Assembly (NCBI GenBank): GCA_030603365.1
Contig: JAUVXV010000007.1
Coordinates: 32,001-96,000 of the forward strand
Source: Candidatus Heimdallarchaeota archaeon
GTDB taxonomy: Archaea; Asgardarchaeota; Heimdallarchaeia; Heimdallarchaeales; Heimdallarchaeaceae
Direction: 5' to 3'
DNA length: 64,000 bases
This document shows positions 38,607-47,307 of the stretch, one piece after another. Both the position numbers and the translations under genes were made by a program. Under the pieces are notes generated by a model. It made no database searches. It was not told the origin of the DNA and saw nothing but the letters and a program-made list of their open reading frames with translations. The first letter of the stretch is position 1. The number at the start of each line of letters is the position of its first letter.

Positions 38607-40931
38607 TTGTCAACTTCATATAGCAGTTTATTTTCTAAAGCACAACAGCTTTATCGTGAGGGTCTCTATGCTGAAGTTGATGTCCAGTTATCTAATCTTG
38701 AAAAACTTACCGAAATTACAGAAGAAGAAAATAAAAAGATAAGTTTACTGAAACTTAAAAATTTGATAAAACAAAAGAAAAATGAAAAAGCTTTGAATTA
38801 TGCAGACTCATTGATTTCTAATTATACAGATAAGGATACTGAATTGGAAAAAGTAAAGGTAATGCTTCACATAATTGAGGTTCAGATGAATTTAAGAGAA
38901 TGGGAAGAATCGACTATAATTATTATTTCAGCTGAAAAAACGCTAACTAAATACTCAAAATCACAGGAAGATGATGTTTTAGATCTTAATGCTAGATTGG
39001 AGTATGTTAAAGGTTGGGAATTTCTTGGAAAAAATCTTTATGACAGAGCACTTGACCATCTGGAAAAAAGTCTTGAAATGTACAGGGAATTGGGGGATAA
39101 ATATAAGATAGCTTTAGCAATGCGTTTAATCGCAACCAATTTATTCTATCTTGGTGAATTTGAGAGCTCAAGAAATTTTTATGATACATGTTTAGAGATT
39201 TTTAAGAGCTACAAATCAAGAATGGAAATTGCATCAGTTTATTTTGGCATTGCAGGTATTCACTATAGACGAGGAGAACTGAATCAAGCTTTGGAAATTG
39301 CAAGTAAATCATTAGCAATACGAGAACAAACAGATGATCAATATGAAATTGCTGGTTCTGTTCAAGGAATCGCTTACATCTATAGTCACATGGGAGATTT
39401 GGACAAAGGATTAGAATACCTTCGAAGATGCAAAATGATCTATGAAAAACTTGGATTTAAGCATGATGTAGCAAAATGTCTCATGGACATTCATGGTAAT
39501 TTTCGTCAAAAAGGTGAATACGATAGAGCTCTTGCAACTATTTTTGACTACTATAGTTTGAAAAAAGAACTTAATGATGAAAGATGTGTAGGTATTGCTT
39601 ACGGATACATTGGAACGATCTATGAAATAAAAGGTGAATTTGATGAAGCAATAATCAACTACCAGAAAGCTCTCAAGATGTTAACTAATTTTGATGTTGT
39701 TGATTCGATTTCAGATGTTCATTATAATTTGGGGAATATTCTTCATAAGAAAGGTGAAAATGAAGAATCTATTAAGCATCATCTTCAGGCTCTAGAAACT
39801 CGAAAGAAGGGCTATGGAGGTAGAAGTCAAGGAGTACTTATTGCAAAATCTCTGAAAAGTTTAATTCAGATAAATTTAGATTTAGAACTTCCGAAAACTG
39901 CTGAGAAGTATTTTGAAGAGCTTAAGGAAGTAGAAAGACAAGTAGAGAACAAAATAGTTTATTATCTTTACAGGCTTTCAGAGGGTCTCATTCTTAAGAA
40001 CAAACCATTGGATGAGAAAAAGGAGAGGGCAGGGATCATTTTTGAAGAGTTAAGTAAAGATACTATAATTGACTATACACTAACAGTTGAAGCTCTCTTA
40101 AATTTAGCAGATATTTTATTGTGGAAATTAAGTAAATCTGAAAGAGAGGATATCCTAAAGGAAGTTAAGGACATAATACTGAATCTAGAAACGATAGCTT
40201 CGGAAAAGAACTCATATGCTTTGTTGGCTGAGACTTATTTCTTACATGCTCAACTATCATTGATAGAACTGGAAACAGAGCAAACTCAGGAATTATTAAC
40301 AAATGCATTACAAATTGCAGATGATAAGGGTTTAAACAAATTAGCAATCAAAATTTCAAATGAATATGATAATCTACTTGATAAGCTAGATAGATGGGAA
40401 GATTTTACATTAAAATTACCATCAATTGCTGAAAAAATGGAACTAACTCACATTGAAAAACAACTTAACAATGTGATAAAAGGTAGGATGACTATAGATG
40501 TTGTCCAAGAAAATGAACAACCCATTCTTTTCTTCATGTTAGATCATAATGAAAGAATTCTATATTCCGAGCAATTTGATTCAGGTCTTACTCAAGAAAG
40601 AATAGACAAAATATTGATCGATGTACATAAAAAAATAAAAAAAGAAGCTATTCTTGGGAAACTACATCGAGCAAGAATTCAAGAACTAAATTGTGTAATC
40701 AGAAGTGAATTTGGTGTGATCTTGTGCTATTTCTTCATTGGGAAATCTTATTCAGGATTGAAGAAAATTGAAAACTTAGTTGAATTAATAGAAAACAACA
40801 AAGATGTCAAGGAAAAAGTAGAAATAATTTCTTGTTCAGATCAATCTCTTAGTGTCAATGATAGAATAAAACTAACAGAGCTGCTCGATGAGGTTCTTCT
40901 TGTAAAGAATGGGGAGATTCTTAGTAGTTAA
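38607..40931 (+). CDS. TPR-array protein with C-terminal longin-like domain
   Basis: Close paralog of 4863-7160 (KLAIKISNEYD..L..L..WE.FTL.LPSIAEK.EL.HIE; ENEQPILFFML...LCYFFIGKSY). Confidence 0.82.
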   Translation: MSTSYSSLFSKAQQLYREGLYAEVDVQLSNLEKLTEITEEENKKISLLKLKNLIKQKKNEKALNYADSLISNYTDKDTELEKVKVMLHIIEVQMNLREWEESTIIIISAEKTLTKYSKSQEDDVLDLNARLEYVKGWEFLGKNLYDRALDHLEKSLEMYRELGDKYKIALAMRLIATNLFYLGEFESSRNFYDTCLEIFKSYKSRMEIASVYFGIAGIHYRRGELNQALEIASKSLAIREQTDDQYEIAGSVQGIAYIYSHMGDLDKGLEYLRRCKMIYEKLGFKHDVAKCLMDIHGNFRQKGEYDRALATIFDYYSLKKELNDERCVGIAYGYIGTIYEIKGEFDEAIINYQKALKMLTNFDVVDSISDVHYNLGNILHKKGENEESIKHHLQALETRKKGYGGRSQGVLIAKSLKSLIQINLDLELPKTAEKYFEELKEVERQVENKIVYYLYRLSEGLILKNKPLDEKKERAGIIFEELSKDTIIDYTLTVEALLNLADILLWKLSKSEREDILKEVKDIILNLETIASEKNSYALLAETYFLHAQLSLIELETEQTQELLTNALQIADDKGLNKLAIKISNEYDNLLDKLDRWEDFTLKLPSIAEKMELTHIEKQLNNVIKGRMTIDVVQENEQPILFFMLDHNERILYSEQFDSGLTQERIDKILIDVHKKIKKEAILGKLHRARIQELNCVIRSEFGVILCYFFIGKSYSGLKKIENLVELIENNKDVKEKVEIISCSDQSLSVNDRIKLTELLDEVLLVKNGEILSS

Positions 40932-40978
40932 TTACATTAAGAAATGTCTTAAAAAAATCTTGTTAATGTCTTGAGCAA

Positions 40979-42226
40979 ATGTATTTAATAAGTGAAATTA
41001 TGTTATATTTGACAGAGATGAGTAAGAAAATTAATCGTAATCTAATAATAACAGTGTCAATTATTACACTGATTTGTTCTATTTCTTTTTATCAGTTTCA
41101 AACAAATGGAAGTACTGAAACCACTAGTTTTACTACAGAAATAAAAGCATATACAGATCATGACCCTATTCAAATTCTATCGGATGAAAATTTTATAGAT
41201 TATGGTTTTGAAGGAGAAGGAACATATGATGAACCTTACTTAATTGAAAACTTAAGAATCATTAACTCCACACACAAAGGTATAGAGATAAATGAAACCT
41301 CAATGCATTTCATTATAAGAAATTGTTATATTGAAACTGATCAAAAAGGAATACTTGTAAGATTCGCTGCTAATTGGACAGTAAGAATTTACGATAATAT
41401 TCTAATTGATAACAATCTAGATGGAATAGTCGTTGCTAATACTCACCATTTCTCTATAGTGGGTAATGCAGGTACAGGGGATCACACCGCAATCAGAATC
41501 AATAATGTTTCTAATGGCTATATAGCTAATAATGAGCATATTGGTGGAGAAAACATAGACTTTCTTAGATCTGTAGGAACTCATCTAAGTAATACTAAAG
41601 ACACTGTTATTTACAATAACTACTTCGATAGTTTCAATAGAGGAATATACACAATTGAATGTAGCAACTTAACAATACAGCAAAATTATTGTGTGAACAG
41701 TAAAGAATATGCAGGATTGTATCTCTACTATTCTCATTTAAATCTAGTACTAAACAACACTTGCATATCTAATGTTGAAGCAGGAATTTTATTGTATAAG
41801 TCTAATTTTAACGTTATAAAATATAATAATATCTCGTTAAATGGAGTAATGGGTTTAGCTGCTACTCTTAGTGGATTAAATGTAATTTATCACAACGATT
41901 TTGTTGATAATGGATTTACTGGTAGTTATTCTTCCCAAGGATGGGATGATACTGGAGACAACCTTTGGTGTAATTTGGAATTAAAAGAGGGTAATTATTG
42001 GTCTGATTTAAACACAAATGTGTACCTTATTGATCCTGGATTCAATATAGATTTTTATCCTTTAGAATCACCAGTCTCTGGTGAAGTAATAGATCCAATA
42101 CTTGAACCTACAACACCCTATATTACAGAATATTCAACCTACATTCAAGTAATATTGCCTTTTGCTCTAATACTAGGTCTTGCAGTTTTTTACTCAAATA
42201 GAAGAAACAAGAAAAAAAATTATTGA
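40979..42226 (+). CDS. NosD-type parallel beta-helix surface protein with C-terminal anchor
   Basis: HDPIQILSDENF..GFEGEGT..EPYLIENL, IYHNDFVDN...GNYWSD...D.YPL, TM plus RRNKKK. Start likely at the second Met (41018). Confidence 0.85.
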   Translation: MYLISEIMLYLTEMSKKINRNLIITVSIITLICSISFYQFQTNGSTETTSFTTEIKAYTDHDPIQILSDENFIDYGFEGEGTYDEPYLIENLRIINSTHKGIEINETSMHFIIRNCYIETDQKGILVRFAANWTVRIYDNILIDNNLDGIVVANTHHFSIVGNAGTGDHTAIRINNVSNGYIANNEHIGGENIDFLRSVGTHLSNTKDTVIYNNYFDSFNRGIYTIECSNLTIQQNYCVNSKEYAGLYLYYSHLNLVLNNTCISNVEAGILLYKSNFNVIKYNNISLNGVMGLAATLSGLNVIYHNDFVDNGFTGSYSSQGWDDTGDNLWCNLELKEGNYWSDLNTNVYLIDPGFNIDFYPLESPVSGEVIDPILEPTTPYITEYSTYIQVILPFALILGLAVFYSNRRNKKKNY

Positions 42227-42440
42227 GAGTCAGGAACAGCGTCAACTTTAGCTCCTTTCTCTTTTGCCATTTTTTTCCAACCTCTATTATTCGTCCAAGC
42301 TACAATTTTTGACATTGTTTTGGCGTTCCAGAAATCTGGAAGTATCGTCAATTATTTCCAAGTTCTTCTTCCATTATTTGTTGTAAAGACTCTAGATGAT
42401 TTTGGTTCCTCAAACTGCCATTGAAAATTATAACATCCAT
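42220..42440 (-). pseudogene. Internally deleted remnant of a flavodoxin-like / NAD(P)H-dependent oxidoreductase gene
   Basis: ATG 42440 gives MDVIIFNGSLRNQNHLESLQQIMEEELGNN* (flavodoxin-type NGS.R start); a second frame gives ...PDFWNAKTMSKIVAWTNNRGWKKMAKEKGAKVDAVPDSQ*, which looks like a C-terminus. Confidence 0.55.
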
Positions 42441-42634
42441 AGTAAATCTTGCAAGGATTTTATATTTCATTTCTTTTATTAAACATTTTATAAACTATGT
42501 TGAGAATATTGACCTTTTACATTTTCAAGGAATAACATTTTTTTTGTCATATATTTTTCAATGTCAAGAACGATTGAGTTTTAAAGAGTTCTATCGTTTT
42601 GTTTTTCGTTAGAAAAAGTATTCTTGGGATTATA

Positions 42635-44341
42635 ATGACAAAGAAATTATTGATTGTTGGTGGAGTAGCTGGAGGTGCATCAACAGCTGCAAGATACAGA
42701 CGACTCAATGAATTCGCAGAAATCACTATTCTTGAAAGAGGGCCATATGTTTCTTTTGCGAATTGTGGATTACCCTACTATGTTGGTGGAGTAATAGAAG
42801 ATAAAGAGAATTTAGAATTAGTTACACCTCAAGTTTTTCTAGAAAGATTCAATATTGATGTTCGTATAAACAACGAAGCTATTTCAATTGATAGAGTGAC
42901 CAAAACAGTAAAGGTAAAAAATCTAGAAGATGATAATGAATTCAACCTAGAGTATGATACTTTAGTCTTGTCACCAGGAGCTGAACCTATTAAACCTCCT
43001 TTCAAAGGTATGGATAATATTCCTGTTTTTACTCTACGTACTATTCCTGATACACTGCAAATTGTTGAATATATTGAGACAAATAAACCTAAGAGAGCTA
43101 CAATTATTGGAGGAGGGTTCATTGGATTAGAGATGGCTGAAAACCTTCATGCAAAAGGTATAGAGATAACAATCATCGAATTGATGGATCAAGTAATGGT
43201 TACTCTAGATAGAGAAATGGCTCAATATGTACATTACGAATTGTATCGTAATGATGTTGAGTTAGTTCTAGGAGATGGTGTGAATTCATTTGAAAAGGAT
43301 GAGAGCGGACAAGTGTTTGTGATAACTCAGAGTGGCAGAAAAGTTTCCACTGATATAGTTGTTCTGGCGATAGGTGTCCGTCCGGAATCAAAATTAGCTA
43401 AAGAGTGTGGTCTTGAACTTGGCGAGAGAGGTCATATAGTAGTAAATAAATTCATGCAGACATCAGACCCTCATATCTATGCAGTAGGTGATGTAGTTCA
43501 GGTTTCAAACTATATAACTCAAGAAAAAATAGCTGTTCCTCTAGCTGGTCCAGCAAATAAACAAGGGAGGATAGCTGCTAACAATATTGCGGGAGAAACT
43601 GAAGAATATGAAGGTGTTCTTGCTGCAGCTGTTGTGAAGGTTTTTGATTTAACAGTCGCTCAAGTAGGATTAAATGAGAAGATGCTCAAAAACATGAACA
43701 TAGAATATGAAAAAGTATACCTTCACCCTATGAACCATTCTGGTTACTATCCTGGAGGAAATAAATTAGCACCTAAATTGCTTTTTGATAAGAAAAATGG
43801 CAAAATTTTAGGAGCTCAAGTGCTAGGAGGAGATGGAGCAGAAAAGAGAATTGATGTTATTTCTACAGTTATACACTTTGGTGGTACAGTTTTTGACTTA
43901 GAAAAATTAGAATTAACTTATGCTCCCCCATTTGGCTCTGCTAGAGATCCTGTAAACATGGCAGGTCATATAGCTGCAAATATGGTTAAAGGAAAGATGA
44001 AACCTTATCATTGGCATGATGTTGATGATCTAGTTGAGAAGGGTTCCTTTTTGATAGATGTAAGAAGAGACGATGAATTTGAAATAATCACGATTAAAGG
44101 TGCAATTCATATTTCAGAATTTGAGATGAGACAAAGATTAGACGAATTACCAAAAGATAAACCAATTTATGCTTTCTGTCAAGAAGGCTTTAGAGCTTAT
44201 ATTTCGCAAATGAATCTTCTGCAAAGGAACTTTGATGTTCAAAACCTAATTGGTGGAATCAAGACATATATTATAGCAACAGCTACACAAGAAGAATTGA
44301 AAAAAATGGCAAAGAACCCTCCCTATAGAATAATATTCTAA
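42635..44341 (+). CDS. CoA-disulfide / persulfide reductase with C-terminal rhodanese domain
   Basis: GGVAGG, SFANCGLPY redox Cys, IGGGFIGLEMAE, TSDPHIYAVGD, YAPPF, rhodanese IDVR...FCQEGFRA...NL.GG. Confidence 0.93.
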   Translation: MTKKLLIVGGVAGGASTAARYRRLNEFAEITILERGPYVSFANCGLPYYVGGVIEDKENLELVTPQVFLERFNIDVRINNEAISIDRVTKTVKVKNLEDDNEFNLEYDTLVLSPGAEPIKPPFKGMDNIPVFTLRTIPDTLQIVEYIETNKPKRATIIGGGFIGLEMAENLHAKGIEITIIELMDQVMVTLDREMAQYVHYELYRNDVELVLGDGVNSFEKDESGQVFVITQSGRKVSTDIVVLAIGVRPESKLAKECGLELGERGHIVVNKFMQTSDPHIYAVGDVVQVSNYITQEKIAVPLAGPANKQGRIAANNIAGETEEYEGVLAAAVVKVFDLTVAQVGLNEKMLKNMNIEYEKVYLHPMNHSGYYPGGNKLAPKLLFDKKNGKILGAQVLGGDGAEKRIDVISTVIHFGGTVFDLEKLELTYAPPFGSARDPVNMAGHIAANMVKGKMKPYHWHDVDDLVEKGSFLIDVRRDDEFEIITIKGAIHISEFEMRQRLDELPKDKPIYAFCQEGFRAYISQMNLLQRNFDVQNLIGGIKTYIIATATQEELKKMAKNPPYRIIF

Positions 44342-44345
44342 TCTA

Positions 44346-45485
44346 TCAATATAACTTGGGAATCATTTTGAATTTAGCAATATCACAGTAATCTTCCCAG
44401 AGTTTTCCGTATTTCTTCCGACATCTTTTATCATCTCTCCATGCTCGGTGAATAAGAAGAATTAACAAAGAACCAGGAAGTATCAAAGGTATTGCAGAGA
44501 TTAATCCTGTGGTTAATACAATTACTAAATAAGTAAGTATTTCACCAGTATAGTTCAGCTTTCTTCCAATTCCCCAAAACCCTGAGATTAGAATTTTTCC
44601 TTCCAAAGATTTAGCCTGTTTAAACCATATTTTGGCTTTTGGGTTCTTTTTGAATCTGTACTTTTGAATATTTGAAGCCCTAAAAATCCAAAGAGAGATA
44701 AGATAAGCAACACATAAAAAGATTATAACAAAATTACTGAAAGCGATTTCTTGAGTAATAATGAACCATCCACCTATAGAATAGAAAAATGGCACATAAA
44801 CTGTATCTCCCCAAGCAAGCATAAATCCAAAATTCTCAGACATTACATCCCAAGTAGAGAGCATAAACTCTTCGAATATGTAATGTGTAAAAAGATACCC
44901 CCACCAAAATGCTTGGTATAACCACATCTGAGGAAGAACATACCCTAGATTATTCAGCTGAGTGAATAGAAAACTCCAGTTTAAGATTGACAAACCTATC
45001 AATGAGGGCTGATATGCAAACATTTTCAGATCTACTCCCCACCATGTAGGATTCAATTCAGAACCAAACCAGATGTCATGGAGAATGCCCTTCAAACCTT
45101 TTCTTCTATCCTTTCCTTGTTTTCTTCTTCCTAAGAAGAATAGTAAAATTGTCCACAATACAGCATAACAATTAGCCACAATTAGAAGCGACCAAAATCG
45201 TATAGTAATATACTCAAGATTCCAAATGAAGGACGATACTTTCTCGTAGAGTACAAAAACAAGTAAAGCTACAAAAGTGAAAAGAAGAAATAAAATAAGA
45301 CCAGTAAGTTTATACTCTTTTTTGGTTCCATTTTTTAAGATTTCACCTATTCCTTTGATTCCAGGGAGAAATTTAGCTCCTAGAAACATTATAACAATAA
45401 ATATGGTAATCATTGCTAAAGCTGTTAGAAGGTTCCAAGGAGTAACAGGAAGCATTAATTCTAGAATACCAGCCATCTTATTCAC
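44346..45485 (-). CDS. ERG4/ERG24 / lamin-B-receptor family sterol reductase homologue
   Basis: DIWFGSELNP, DLKMF, E..LSTWD..SENFGFMLAWGD..VPFFYS, SNIQKYRF, ILISGFWGIGRKLNYTGE, LLIHRAWRDDKRCRKKYG..WEDYC......IP.LY. Confidence 0.92.
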   Translation of the reverse strand: MNKMAGILELMLPVTPWNLLTALAMITIFIVIMFLGAKFLPGIKGIGEILKNGTKKEYKLTGLILFLLFTFVALLVFVLYEKVSSFIWNLEYITIRFWSLLIVANCYAVLWTILLFFLGRRKQGKDRRKGLKGILHDIWFGSELNPTWWGVDLKMFAYQPSLIGLSILNWSFLFTQLNNLGYVLPQMWLYQAFWWGYLFTHYIFEEFMLSTWDVMSENFGFMLAWGDTVYVPFFYSIGGWFIITQEIAFSNFVIIFLCVAYLISLWIFRASNIQKYRFKKNPKAKIWFKQAKSLEGKILISGFWGIGRKLNYTGEILTYLVIVLTTGLISAIPLILPGSLLILLIHRAWRDDKRCRKKYGKLWEDYCDIAKFKMIPKLY

Positions 45486-45800
45486 CTAATAGATAACTAA
45501 TCTTTCAGAGCTTGCTTAAAATTGTTATCCATGATATCTGTTCTTACTATTATAGCATTAACCTCAATTTCACTTATAAGAAACGAATGAGCTACTTTAT
45601 TACAAAGTCATGAAGTTTGTAAGCCAAAGAAGGGTGATAAAATAAAATTGGAAACTGCTCAAGAAGTTTGTTTAGAGATGAGAGAAGGAAAAGCTAAAGG
45701 GATATGGAAAATGCAATGCTACTTCTGCAATAAAATAGCTAAGAACAATCCCAAAAAATACTGTTATTACAATAAACCTAATTATTCTGGTTGTAACATC

Positions 45801-47235
45801 ATGATGAGTTATTGTCATCTTGTCATATTGACAAGAACAGTTAAATTTCTTTCTTAGAGGTCATCACATAGTACATGAGAGGTGTTCTATGCTCACTCTG
45901 AGGGGATACATCACGTATCCTCCTACCCCGTTCACACTCCTTTTAGGAAGCGCTTTCGGATCGCTTTTAACTAAAATGTTGTAAGCAGCATTCACATCAG
46001 CATTGATGAGGTGTCCTTGAGCAGATTTGAACAATCCCCGTTTGACTCTTTTTCCTGCATACTTCTTTCTAAATTGCGGGAATTCGTTATCAAGAAAACT
46101 ATTTTTAGAAGTGTATTGCTCAGGAATGAGTTCAACCTTTATCCCCCTCTCTGCTGCTTTATATTTCAGCATGTTGATAATCCGCATAAAGGGGATGGAA
46201 ACAAACATTTGGGTGATCTTTTTCCAGAAATGCACTCCTTGCTTCCACTTCTCGTTATAGCCGATGATCACCTCATGAAGCTCTCGTTCCACCCACAGTT
46301 CTACCAAGTAATGGCTGAGCTTATGGATAGCATCTTTGAGTTTCTTCCTCCACTTCTCTCGAAGCGTGTAGAAAACTGTTCCGTACTTCAATTTGTTCTT
46401 CGCTTTCAGCTGCTGTCTTTGCTGTTGCACATATTGTTCTCGTAATTGTGTTTGTTTTTTCAGATAATACTGGGTAATTGATTTTATTCCTTTCCCCTCG
46501 TCCTTGATAACAATCGGCTGATTCCCGAGGTTATCCACAAAGGTTACAAGGTTATGCATCCCTAAATCGATAGCTCCTTTTCTTCTAGGTCGTCTCCTTA
46601 GTTTGGGCATATTCTTCATATAAACTAGTTCGATGGTATATCCTACTCTTCTAGGAACTATTCTCACTTCCCGCAGTTTGGTACCAGCAGTTAATCTTGT
46701 TTTATAATGAAAACCTACTTTCTTAGGCAACACTAGCCAGCTATTCTTAATCCTTGCTTGTTGGTTGGTGAAGATTGCTACCACCTCCCCATCTTTGGTT
46801 TTGTAATTGGGTGGATGGGGCATGGCAAAAAATGCTGCAGGATTGTTTTTCCACTCCTTCAATGCTTGAAAGTACCCTTTCCAATTCCTAGATAGAAGTT
46901 TAAGCGTGTGTTGTGCAGTGTGAGCAGGAAGCACCTTGTAGCACTCTTCTCCTTTAAGGAGAGTGTTAAGGTCGGAGTAGAAGAGTAGTGTTTTTGTCTT
47001 CTTCAGAGAAGTTTTGATCAGAAAATTCGCTCGATTATAGAGATTTTTGACTCGATGACAGAGCTTGCTTAACGCAGGATGATAAGATACTTCTATACAC
47101 TCTACACGTAAAGCTTGCACCATCAGTCTTTTACCTAGAATTTCCTATAAAAACTCCAGTAATATCTCGTTCCAAAGTGTCTTTCAAAGTGATCTCTTGT
47201 ACACATAAGATGACAGGATGACAAAATTTCTTTAT
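45801..47235 (-). mobile_element. Non-autonomous tnpB-only insertion element (IS607-like or IS200/IS605-like), about 1.43 kb, no tnpA
   Basis: AT at both junctions; inverted 15-mers TTGTCATCTTGTCAT (45812-26) and ATGACAGGATGACAA (47210-24), each 9 bp from the AT; hairpin TCTTGTCA-tat-TGACAAGA (45818-36); visibly more GC-rich than the flanks. Confidence 0.85.
45864..47123 (-). CDS. tnpB: RNA-guided endonuclease TnpB
   Basis: KNLYN.AN, W..YF, P.Y, EVRIVP, RuvC-I AIDLG, HKLS, IIGYN..WKQ, EQYTSK.SFLD, KRGLF, RuvC-III INADVNAAYNI. Full length, no internal stops. Confidence 0.95.
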   Translation of the reverse strand: MVQALRVECIEVSYHPALSKLCHRVKNLYNRANFLIKTSLKKTKTLLFYSDLNTLLKGEECYKVLPAHTAQHTLKLLSRNWKGYFQALKEWKNNPAAFFAMPHPPNYKTKDGEVVAIFTNQQARIKNSWLVLPKKVGFHYKTRLTAGTKLREVRIVPRRVGYTIELVYMKNMPKLRRRPRRKGAIDLGMHNLVTFVDNLGNQPIVIKDEGKGIKSITQYYLKKQTQLREQYVQQQRQQLKAKNKLKYGTVFYTLREKWRKKLKDAIHKLSHYLVELWVERELHEVIIGYNEKWKQGVHFWKKITQMFVSIPFMRIINMLKYKAAERGIKVELIPEQYTSKNSFLDNEFPQFRKKYAGKRVKRGLFKSAQGHLINADVNAAYNILVKSDPKALPKRSVNGVGGYVMYPLRVSIEHLSCTM

Positions 47236-47307
47236 AAATAGTTATCTTAAAAACAGAAAGATTAGATTTGTTACAAGACAGAACAATATTTATAAATTCT
47301 CAGTAAA

